Shown here in pieces: positions 10,298 to 18,697 of a DNA stretch of 64,000 nt. A program made the position numbers and the translations under genes. The notes under the pieces were generated by a model. The model worked only from the letters and a program-made list of their open reading frames with translations, had not been told where the DNA came from and did no database searches. The stretch is from an uncultured bacterium (GTDB lineage: Bacteria > Verrucomicrobiota > Verrucomicrobiia > Limisphaerales > UBA8199): contig CAVVMW010000014.1 in NCBI GenBank assembly GCA_963749495.1, positions 320,001 to 384,000 on the forward strand, in the 5' to 3' direction. Numbering within the stretch: the stretch's first letter is position 1; the number at the start of each line of letters is the position of its first letter.

Positions 10298-11662
10298 ATG
10301 CCAGCCGCTGTCTATGTTCTGATCGGTCTTCTGGCAGGCGCCGCGTTTGGTTTTCTCTGGGGCCTGGTGGTGGGCCGGGGCCGGGCGCCGGCCCCGGATG
10401 ACCGGTTGGCGAACGAGTTACGGGAACAGGCAACCCGGCGCGAGAGCGAGCTGGCCGGGCTGCGCGACCAGATGACAAGCGCGCTCCGCGCCCAGGCCGA
10501 GGCGCAGGCGCGGTCCGTGGCAGCGGAGCAGTTGCTGGCCGACCAGAAGCAACTCCAGGAAAAGGCCTTGCGCGAGGCGCGCGAGGCGCGCGACCAGGCC
10601 CTGGCCGATCAGCGGGCGGCATTCCGGAGCTTGAGCCTGGAGGCCCTGCGCGAGGTCCAGCCGCAATTCACCGAGCGCATCGTCGAGACCGTTGCCAGGC
10701 TCCAGGAAACCGCCAAAGGCGACCTGGCCCAGCGCCAGCAAGCGATAGCCACGATCATTGAGCCCCTCAAGCAGCACCTGGAGACCTACCAGAAACGGCT
10801 CCAGCAGGCCGACACCGCCCAGGCGGCCACGCTGGGCGAAGTGAAGAAACAACTGGAGGCCCTCTCCCAATACAGCCAGACGCTGGCCCAGGAAACCCAG
10901 CAATTCCGGGTCGTCCTGAGCTCCAGCCAAGCGCGTGGCCGCTGGGGTGAACAGACCCTGCGCCGGGTCATCGATGCCGCCGGCATGAGCCCCCATTGCG
11001 ACTTCACCGAACAGACCCAGGCCGGCGAGGGCAAGCCCGACCTGGTGGTCCACCTCCCGGGCGAACGCGTCATCATCATCGATGCCAAGGTCCCCGAGCT
11101 CGATTTCCTGACTGCCCTGGAATCAGCCGATGTGGCCAAAAGGGCCGAAGGCCTCGCCGCCCACGCCGCAAAACTGCGCGCCACCATCAAATCACTCGCC
11201 GACCGCGATTATCCCCGGCAGTTCTCCAACGCCCTCGATTTCGTCGTGCTTTTCCTGCCCGCCGAGTCCCTGTTCAGCGCCGCCCTGGAGGGCGACCGGG
11301 ACCTCATCCTCTGGGCGGCGCAAAAGCGCATCCTCCTGGCCACGCCCGCCTCGCTCATTGCCTTGCTGCGCTCGGTGGACCTGAGTTGGCAGCAGCATGA
11401 CCAGACCGTGCATGCCCAGGAGATAGCCCGCGCCGCGCAGGAACTCTACTCCCGCGTGGTCAAGTTCGCCGAGCACCTCGAGAAACTGCGCTCGGGGCTC
11501 GAACGCGCCAACAGCGCCTTTAACGACGCCGCGGCCAGCTTCCAGACCCGTTTGCGCCCCGCCGGGGAACGCCTGGCCCAATTGGGCGGCGGCGTCCCGG
11601 GCAAGGAGGTGGCGGACCTCCAGCCGCTGGAAACTGCGCTGCGCCTCCCAGAGAAAGGCTGA
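10298..11662 (+). CDS. rmuC: DNA recombination protein RmuC
   Basis: N-terminal TM helix, coiled coil, RGRWGEQTLRRV, KPDLVVHLP..IIIDAK, DFVVLFLPAE, ATPASLIALL. Confidence 0.93.
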   Translation: MPAAVYVLIGLLAGAAFGFLWGLVVGRGRAPAPDDRLANELREQATRRESELAGLRDQMTSALRAQAEAQARSVAAEQLLADQKQLQEKALREAREARDQALADQRAAFRSLSLEALREVQPQFTERIVETVARLQETAKGDLAQRQQAIATIIEPLKQHLETYQKRLQQADTAQAATLGEVKKQLEALSQYSQTLAQETQQFRVVLSSSQARGRWGEQTLRRVIDAAGMSPHCDFTEQTQAGEGKPDLVVHLPGERVIIIDAKVPELDFLTALESADVAKRAEGLAAHAAKLRATIKSLADRDYPRQFSNALDFVVLFLPAESLFSAALEGDRDLILWAAQKRILLATPASLIALLRSVDLSWQQHDQTVHAQEIARAAQELYSRVVKFAEHLEKLRSGLERANSAFNDAAASFQTRLRPAGERLAQLGGGVPGKEVADLQPLETALRLPEKG

Positions 11663-12298
11663 AGGCTAAAGGCTGAAGTAAAGGCTGAAGGCTGAAGGCT
11701 AAAGGCTAAAGGCTAAAGGCTGAAGGCTATCCCGAAGGGATCAGAATCACTCAGCCCAGGGTTGCGCGTTCCGCTCCAGGTGACCGAGGGGCTTTACCTC
11801 CCGGCCCGAAGGGCCGCTAGAGCCTAGCCCAGGGCTGAGGCCGTCAGGCCGATGCCCTGGGTAAAGGGCCAGCGAAATCAATCGCGCCCTGAAAGATTTC
11901 CCCCAAACGGAATTTGGCGCATTGAACCCCCGAACCTCGACCGGGCGTGCCCGTCCCGCGAAGCGTTTTGGACTGCGGCAGTCCTCTGCCGCTTTTGTTT
12001 CCCCTCGGTGCCGACGCGAAAGCGGCAGAGGACTGCCGCAGTCCAAAACCTTCGGGTTTGGGGTCGGTTCCTGGGGAGGGGCGCAAGACTCTGGCGCCCC
12101 CTTCAGGGCGCGCGGTCCGCGTCTGGAACGAAACCCAGGGCATCGGCCTGAGGGCCTCAGCCCTGGGCTAGGCTCTGGCGGCCCTTCGGGCCGCGACGAG
12201 ACGCATGCCCGGCATTTGCCGGCCAAGAGGTCGGTCACCCTGGAACACCTGAATTGACCATGGCCTTTAGCCCTTCAGCCTTTAGCCTTTAGCCTTTC
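11656..12298. repeat. Triple-nested palindromic intergenic structure (AAGGCT[A/G] arms > family J palindrome > family A palindrome)
   Basis: AAGGCT(A/G) array 11656-11729 with inverted TAGCCTT array 12263-12298; long inverted repeats ~11801-11860 and ~12134-12192; inner TTTTGGACTGCGGCAGTCCTCTGCCGCTTT...AAAGCGGCAGAGGACTGCCGCAGTCCAAAA 11966-12048. Confidence 0.85.
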
Positions 12299-12300
12299 CT

Positions 12301-13408
12301 TCAAAGCTGTTCGACGCACTTGAGCATCGCCGCCTCCTGGCGCTCGATTGAACTCGACCAGTTTGAACTGGGTCCGGCAGCGGTCCAGGTTGTGGTCGGG
12401 GCGATGGATGCGGAAATAGGTATCGCCGCTGAGGAAATCGGTAAGGAAGCGGATGCCGATTTCGAAGGTGATGAGCTTGCCGGAGAAGGGGATGAATGCC
12501 TTCTCGGGCTTGGTGAGGAACTGGCCGGCGGCCGAGACGTAACCTTCGGCCAGGCGCCTGAACATGGGCATCTGCATCTTGACCTTCGAGAGGTCGGGCT
12601 CGTCTTCGAGGGTTGGGCTGGTGGTGGTGCGGACCATGTCGCCGAAGTCGTAGAGGGCGCAGCCGGGCATCACGGTATCCAGGTCCACGACGCACATGGC
12701 CTTGCCGGTCAGGGTATCGAGCATGACGTTGTTGAACTTGGTGTCATTGTGGGTGATGCGTTCGGGGATGCGGCCCTTTTCCATGGCCTCGAGGATGACA
12801 TCCACCAGCTTTTCGTGCGCGAGGGCAAACTCGATCTCAGGTTTGGCATCCCGGGCGCGGTTGAAGTGGTCCTTGGCCAGGGCCTGCTGGAGGGCCTCGA
12901 ACCGCTTCCGCGTGTGATGGAAGTCCGGGATCGTCTCCAGGAGCCGGTCTCCGGGCAGGTCCACCAGGTGCAGTTGAAACTCCCCAAAGGCGCGCCCCGC
13001 TTCGAAGGCCTGTTGCGGCGTCTGGACCGCCTCGAAAGTCTCCACCCCTTCCACAAACACGAACGTCCGCCAATACTCCCCATTGCCGCCACGGAAATAG
13101 GGGTGCCCTTCCCGCGTCGGGATCACGATGAGCGAGCGTCGCGTGATGTCCCGCGCCTCCTGTGCTTCCAGCTTGCGGCGGATGTGCGTGGTGACCCGCG
13201 TCAGGTTCTTCATCAGCGCCGGCGGGTCCTTAAACACACTCTTGTTGATCTTCTGGTGGATATAGCGCACGCGCGTGCCGCCCTGGTCGTAGGTGGCGGA
13301 GTAGGTCTCGTTGATGTGGCCGATCTTGAAGGTCTCGGCGTGCTGGATCTCGCCGTAGATTTGGAACTGCTTGGAGATGTGCTGCAGCTCTTTTTCCGCG
13401 TAAGGCAT
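12301..13408 (-). CDS. Aminoglycoside phosphotransferase-family kinase (N-acetylhexosamine 1-kinase/mucin-desulfatase-like)
   Basis: GHINETY, RITHNDTKFNNVM, VVDLDTVMPG, DFGDMVR; an extra T near 12351 hides the likely true end ...VESIERQEAAMLKCVEQL* at 12301. Confidence 0.85.
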
Positions 13409-13503
13409 GGTCGTGAGGTGACTGGTTTAACGGCGGGACCATCATGGCTTGACCGCCCCTGAAAAGCAATGAGGATTTCCAATCCTGGCGCGTCCGGGGC
13501 AGG

Positions 13504-13700
13504 GCCGTTGACAAAGTCGCTCGGTGCGCCTGTGCGCCAGGGGCGCCAGCGTAGCGCAGGTTTCCAAACCTGCTGTATCGCGGGTTTCCAAACCCGCAGG
13601 CCGTCCGCAAACCGGGCGCGCTCGATATGCCGACGCCCTGCCGATTGGAAATCGGCGATACAGCAGGTTTGGAAACCTGCGCTACAACTTTGTCAACGGC
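13504..13700. mobile_element. MITE-like element: 14 bp TIR shell (GCCGTTGACAAAGT) around family D palindrome
   Basis: Perfect 14 bp inverted repeat 13504-13517/13687-13700; core GTAGCGCAGGTTTCCAAACCTGCTGTATCGC and its reverse complement, also at 49742-49859. Confidence 0.8.
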
Positions 13701-13707
13701 GCCGTAA

Positions 13708-14724
13708 TCAGGGCTTGAGCGCCAGGTCTTCGGGCTTGACCCCCGGCTTGAACTTGGCGAAGCCAAACCAACTGGGTTGGTATTGGCCGATGTAATCCAC
13801 GTTGGCCTTGGCGGGGATCTCCTTTTCCAGGCCGGTGGACCAATAGCAGGCATTGACCAGCAGCCGGCGCAACCCCTCGTTCTGGAGGTCCACCGCCGCG
13901 CCCATGGTGGTGGTGAGGATTGTCGAGGACTTGCCCGACTGGCCCGTGTATTGGCGCCACCAGACCAGGGGCATCATGGGATCGTTTTTGCGCCCCTCGA
14001 CCGGCGGGTCGGCCGGTTTCATGCCGGAGAGCACCTGACCGCCGACCAGCACCCTGGCGTCTGCGGGCAGGTGGACGACGGCATAGACATCGGTCGGCGT
14101 CCAGATGTCGGACACGCCTCGCAAGATGGGATGGTCTTTGAACGGGTCGCAGAGGACGCCGCGCGTGCTCTCGAAACCGTGGTGGCCGTGGTGGTCCACC
14201 CAGGTCTCACCCAGGACCTGCTGGCCGAAACCGCCGGGCCACTCCCGGCTGCGCCAGTCGAACCGGGCGTATGGGCCTTGCGAGTTGGGGCTGTACTGGA
14301 ATGCGTGCGTGCTGGTGCGCAATCCGATGATCGGCTTGCCGGAGTTGACGTAATCGACGAAGTGCTTCATCTGCTCGTCGGGCAGCTCCCGAAAGCGAAG
14401 CGCCATGAAGCACAGATCGGCGCTGTCGAGCGCCTCCATGCCGGGGATATTCGTCAGGATGGTCGGCTCGATGAAGCCGTTGGACGGGTTGATGGCAAAC
14501 AGCACCGTGCACCGGAAGCCATGCCGCTCCGCCAGGATCTTCGCCATCATCGGCAGCCCCTCTTCGGACCGATACTCCTCGTCGCCCGACAGAAACACAA
14601 TGTGCTTGCCCTGTCCGGGACCGCTCTTGCCTTCATAAACCACACGGTCCGCCGCCGCCACACGCCCGACGTGAACAAGTTGGAGTAACATCGCCCCGAC
14701 ACACAGATATGCTATGTTCTTCAT
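13708..14724 (-). CDS. Secreted ThuA-like (class I glutamine amidotransferase-fold) protein
   Basis: Signal peptide; HIVFLSGDEEYRSEE, GLRTSTHAF, TTTMGA..D...GLRRLLVNA. Confidence 0.8.
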   Translation of the reverse strand: MKNIAYLCVGAMLLQLVHVGRVAAADRVVYEGKSGPGQGKHIVFLSGDEEYRSEEGLPMMAKILAERHGFRCTVLFAINPSNGFIEPTILTNIPGMEALDSADLCFMALRFRELPDEQMKHFVDYVNSGKPIIGLRTSTHAFQYSPNSQGPYARFDWRSREWPGGFGQQVLGETWVDHHGHHGFESTRGVLCDPFKDHPILRGVSDIWTPTDVYAVVHLPADARVLVGGQVLSGMKPADPPVEGRKNDPMMPLVWWRQYTGQSGKSSTILTTTMGAAVDLQNEGLRRLLVNACYWSTGLEKEIPAKANVDYIGQYQPSWFGFAKFKPGVKPEDLALKP

Positions 14725-14783
14725 AAGCGCACGCGCAATTCGCCCCGATTCATAGCGGCTGGCGCGGGCGTCGGAAAGGCCAA

Positions 14784-14967
14784 AATGACGAATGACGAAT
14801 GACGAATGACGAATGACGAATGACGAATGAGGGGCCGAGCAGAGGAGGACGCGAAGCGTTTTGGACTGCCGCAGTCCAAAACCTGGCGGGCTTGAGACCG
14901 AGTGCCGAGGGGCGCCGCCTCGTCTCCGTTTCGTCATTCGTCATTCGTCATTCGTCATTCGTCATTC
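14784..14967. repeat. Inverted pair of heptamer arrays (AATGACG)n ... (TCGTCAT)n enclosing a family A half-palindrome
   Basis: Arrays 14784-14830 and 14930-14967; GAAGCGTTTTGGACTGCCGCAGTCCAAAA at ~14853-14881. Confidence 0.85.
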
Positions 14968-15028
14968 CTCCCCTCCCCTCGCCACTCACCACTCGACACT
15001 CGCCCCTGAACCCTCGACACTGCCCTGG

Positions 15029-16036
15029 ATGCAGTGCTTCGTCACCGGGGCCTCGGGGTTCGTGGGGGCCAATCTCGTACACGAGTTGGCTGCGCGGGGC
15101 CACGGTGTCAAGGCCTTGGTACGGCGCGGGAGCAACTTGCTCGGCCTGGAGGGCGCGGCGTATGAGCCGGTCGAAGGCGACGTAGCCGAGGCCGCCAGGC
15201 TCAGGGCCGCGATGAAGGGGTGCGAGTGGTGTTTCCACGCCGCCGCCAGCTATCACCTCTGGCTGCGGGATTACCGGCCCATGTATGCCGCCAACGTCGA
15301 GGGCACCCGCAATGTGATCGAGGCCGCCGCGGCGGCCGGTTGTTCCCGCATCGTCTATACCAGCACTGTTGGCTGCATCGGCCTGCCCCGCCCAGGCCCC
15401 GGCCAGGTGACGCCCAGCGACGAGACCACGCCTGTCTGCCCGGGGCAGATGAGCAATCACTACAAGCTCTCGAAATGGCAGGCCGAGCAGGTTGCGCTGG
15501 AACTGGCCCGCAGGGGCCTGCCGGTTGTCATCGTCAACCCCAGCACGCCGGCCGGTCCCCGCGACGTCAAACCCACTCCAACGGGCCGGATCATCGTCGA
15601 TTTCCTCAACCGCCAGATGCCCGCCTACCTCGATACGGGCCTCAACTGGGTTCACGTGCGTGACGTCGCCGCCGGGCATCTCCTGGCGGCCGAAAAGGGC
15701 CGCATTGGGGAACGTTACATCCTGGGCAATGCCCAGGGCAATTGGTCGCTCAAACAGACCTTCGCGACGCTCGAACAACTCACGGGCGTGCCCGCCCCCA
15801 AGTGCCGCATCCCGTACGCCCTCGCCCTGGCGGTCGCTCACATCAACGAGTGGATTTCCGCCCTGACGGGCAAACCGCCCAAAGCGCCTCTGGGGGGCGT
15901 CCGCATGGCCCGCTATAAAATGTTCTTCAACCCGGCCAAGGCCATCCGCGAGCTGGGCCTGCCCCAAACGCCGCCCACACACGCCCTGGCCGAGGCCGCC
16001 GAGTGGTTTCGCAGGCATGGATATGTGAAACAGTGA
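15029..16036 (+). CDS. hpnA: Hopanoid-associated sugar epimerase / dihydroflavonol reductase-like SDR
   Basis: VTGASGFVG, HAAASYHLW, HYKLSK, GPRDVKPTPTG, MPAYLDTGLN. Confidence 0.88.
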   Translation: MQCFVTGASGFVGANLVHELAARGHGVKALVRRGSNLLGLEGAAYEPVEGDVAEAARLRAAMKGCEWCFHAAASYHLWLRDYRPMYAANVEGTRNVIEAAAAAGCSRIVYTSTVGCIGLPRPGPGQVTPSDETTPVCPGQMSNHYKLSKWQAEQVALELARRGLPVVIVNPSTPAGPRDVKPTPTGRIIVDFLNRQMPAYLDTGLNWVHVRDVAAGHLLAAEKGRIGERYILGNAQGNWSLKQTFATLEQLTGVPAPKCRIPYALALAVAHINEWISALTGKPPKAPLGGVRMARYKMFFNPAKAIRELGLPQTPPTHALAEAAEWFRRHGYVKQ

Positions 16037-16129
16037 GGACCAGGAAGTTCAAACGGCAGTCCACGGGCAGCCCTCTTTGGCTTTCGCAAATGCATTGGGA
16101 CCATGAACCGGACGGGGGCTGCAAGGCCG

Positions 16130-16216
16130 CGAAGCGTTTTGGACTGCGGCAGTCCTCTGCCGCTTTTGGGAGTCCTGGGGATACGAAAGCGGCAGAGGAC
16201 TGCCGCAGTCCAAAAC
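16130..16216. repeat. Family A palindrome
   Basis: TTTTGGACTGCGGCAGTCCTCTGCCGCTTT...AAAGCGGCAGAGGACTGCCGCAGTCCAAAA; relatives at ~22810-22905, ~36300-36380 and ~52034-52066. Confidence 0.9.
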
Positions 16217-16236
16217 CTTGCGGATTTCGGCGGTTC

Positions 16237-17211
16237 ATGAAAAGATTGGGCCGGCATTGCGCTCTCCGAGCGCCGCTGCTTTTCTCGACCCTCTGGCTCT
16301 GTTACTGGGCGCAGCCGGCTGCGGGCGAATCCGCGCTGCCCGCTGCCGGAATCTACGAACGGGCAACCAACTGGTTTGCAGAGGCTGTCTTCCTCAAGCC
16401 GAGCGGCGGACGCCAGAGCGAACTCATCTCCCAGCTCGCCCCCCTGCTCCTGCAGGAGGTCACCCCATCACGACCCGGGGCCGATGCGTCGAGCCCCTTG
16501 AGCCTAACCAACCGGGCTTCACGTTTCACGTTTCACGTTTCACGTTTGGACACCGATGCCTTCGGCTGCTTGAGCCTGACCAACGGCCTGCTGGCCCTGG
16601 ACCGGACCCGGCCCACGATTTATGCGACCGCGGACGTGGCGCAAATCCGCGGCAAACCTCACATCCGGGCCACCTATCTCTGGTGCTACTCGGTGGAGCC
16701 CGGCGATGGCCTGCCCCAAACCGCGCTGCCGCTGCAAGGAATCCGCATCACGCTCAACTCGGCAGGCCGTCCCGGCGTCTGGGAAGTCCTGGCTGAAGAC
16801 TCCCCGGCCGAGCTGCTCTTCGTTTCAGAGGGCCTGGAGGCCGCCGCCCAGGCGCAGTTCGGCAAGCCCTTGCCTGGCCGCCGCTATGCGATCGAGCGTG
16901 ACGCCGCCGATACACCCAGGGCCGTCGTCGCGCGCACCGTCGACGATGCAGCGGATGCCATGGGACCGATCCTCTACCTGCGCGCCGGCACACACGCCGT
17001 GAGCACGCTGATTTGCCGCTGCACGGCCTCCCAGGTCCGCCACCTGGCCGCGACCACCACTTACAACCTGGTCGCCGACCGGGCCGCTCCCGCCGATCCC
17101 ATTCTGGTCATCGCCAAAGCCCGGGCCGGCAGCCAAACCGCCTTTTGGCCCGGCGAGGAGGCCGCGACCAACCGCCTGGAACAGTGTCTGCGGCTGCCGG
17201 CGGGGTTTTAG
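16237..17211 (+). CDS. Hypothetical exported protein containing an in-frame TTTCACG array
   Basis: Signal-peptide-like N-terminus, GC3-rich coding pattern, no recognised family. Confidence 0.7.
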   Translation: MKRLGRHCALRAPLLFSTLWLCYWAQPAAGESALPAAGIYERATNWFAEAVFLKPSGGRQSELISQLAPLLLQEVTPSRPGADASSPLSLTNRASRFTFHVSRLDTDAFGCLSLTNGLLALDRTRPTIYATADVAQIRGKPHIRATYLWCYSVEPGDGLPQTALPLQGIRITLNSAGRPGVWEVLAEDSPAELLFVSEGLEAAAQAQFGKPLPGRRYAIERDAADTPRAVVARTVDDAADAMGPILYLRAGTHAVSTLICRCTASQVRHLAATTTYNLVADRAAPADPILVIAKARAGSQTAFWPGEEAATNRLEQCLRLPAGF

Positions 17212-17247
17212 GCCCCCGTGTCTCTTCTGTCCCTTGGAAGAGACAAA

Positions 17248-17497
17248 AGGGACACAAGGGACACAAGGGACACAAGGGACACGAGCACGGCGCGCCAGAG
17301 GCTGACTTGCTGGCGATCGGTCAGTGAAGTCGGAAACGGAGTCCCCTGCGGACCCTTCACCCCAGCCCTCTCCCCTTCTGAAGGGGAGAGGGAGGATTCT
17401 CGGCAGCGGCATGAGGAGACGGACACGCCCGGAAGTTCCAGCGACTGCCGACGCTCCTCCCTCTCCCCTCGGAGGGGAGAGGGCCGGGGTGAGGGGT
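17248..17497. repeat. GGGACACAA 9-mer array plus family F palindrome (CCCTCACCCC.GCCCTCTCCCC...GGGGAGAGGG.CGGGGTGAGGG)
   Basis: 9-mers 17248-17283; palindrome 17352-17497; second family F copy at 55477-55624. Confidence 0.85.
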
Positions 17498-17599
17498 CGG
17501 CCCGTGACACTCCCGCCTTCACTGAGGCCTTGCGCCCTCGCGCACTCTCTCCAAAACTCCTTGCCATCCGGGCGCGGCCATGAAAAGGTTCCGCACTCT

Positions 17600-18689
17600 A
17601 TGGCACACGTTAAACTGCACATTCCGGGACCGGTTGAGGTCAATGAGAAGACCTTTCGCGCCTTTTGCTCGCCGATGATTGGGCATCGGGGCCAGGGTTT
17701 CAAAGACCTCTATGCCAGGATTCAACCCAAGCTCCAACAACTGCTCTACACGCGGCAACTGGTATTCATCAGCACCTCCTCCGCCTGGGGTGTGATGGAA
17801 GGGGCTGTGCGCAACCTGGTGAGCAGGAAGGTGCTCAACTGCATGTGCGGGGCCTTCTCGGACAAGTGGTTCGATGTCTCGAAGCGGTGCGGCAAGGCGG
17901 CCGAAGCGCTCCAGGTGCCCTGGGGCTCGCCCATCCGCGCGGCTGCTATAGACCAGAAGCTGGCCACCGGCCAGTTCGACGCGCTGACGGTCATTCACAA
18001 TGAGACCTCCACGGGCGTGATCGAGCCCCATCGAGGAGATTGCGGCGCTCAAGAAGAAATATCCCGATGTGATGTTCATCGTGGACTCGGTCAGTTCGAT
18101 GAGCGCCGTGCCGCTCAAGTTCGACGAACTGGGCATCAATGTCCTGCTGGCCGGCACGCAAAAGGCCCTTGCGCTGCCGCCGGGCACGGCCCTGTTCGTC
18201 TGCTCGCAGGCGGCGCTGGCCAAGGCCGCCGCCTGCAAGGACCGCGGGTATTATTTCGACTTCGTCGAATTCCAGAAGAACGCGGAGCAGAACATGACGC
18301 CCAGCACGCCCAGCATCGGCCATGTCTTCGCGCTGGAATCCAAACTGGAGGATATTTTCAATGAGGGCCTCGAGGCCCGCTTTGCCCGCCATCGCCTGAC
18401 CAACCAGATGACCCGCGATTGGGCGGCCAAACACGGCTTCACGCTCTTCCCCGAGCCCGGCTTCGAATCGCTCACGCTCACCTGCGTCAATAACGGCGCC
18501 CGGCCCGCCGGCCGCGTCGCGGACGTGCCCAAGCTCCAGAAACTGGTCAAGGACCAGGGCTTCCTCATCAACGGCGGCTACGGCAAGATCAAAGGCACGA
18601 CCTTCCGCGTCTCGAACATGGGAGACGAGACCCAGTCCAGCATGGCCCGGCTCTTCGAGGCCATGGACCTGGCCATGAAACAGATCTGA
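17600..18689 (+). CDS. Class V PLP-dependent aminotransferase (alanine/serine-glyoxylate family), frameshift at ~18028
   Basis: LHIPGPVEV, HNETSTGV, IVDSVSS, AGTQKALALPPG (PLP Lys), TFRVSNMG. Confidence 0.92.
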
Positions 18690-18697
18690 GGCTGCGC

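Noticed and set aside
11747..12257. Small ORFs in palindromic intergenic regions (also 2345-2786, 13469-13795, 26001-26508, 53016-53857)
   Set aside because: They are translations of repeat DNA.
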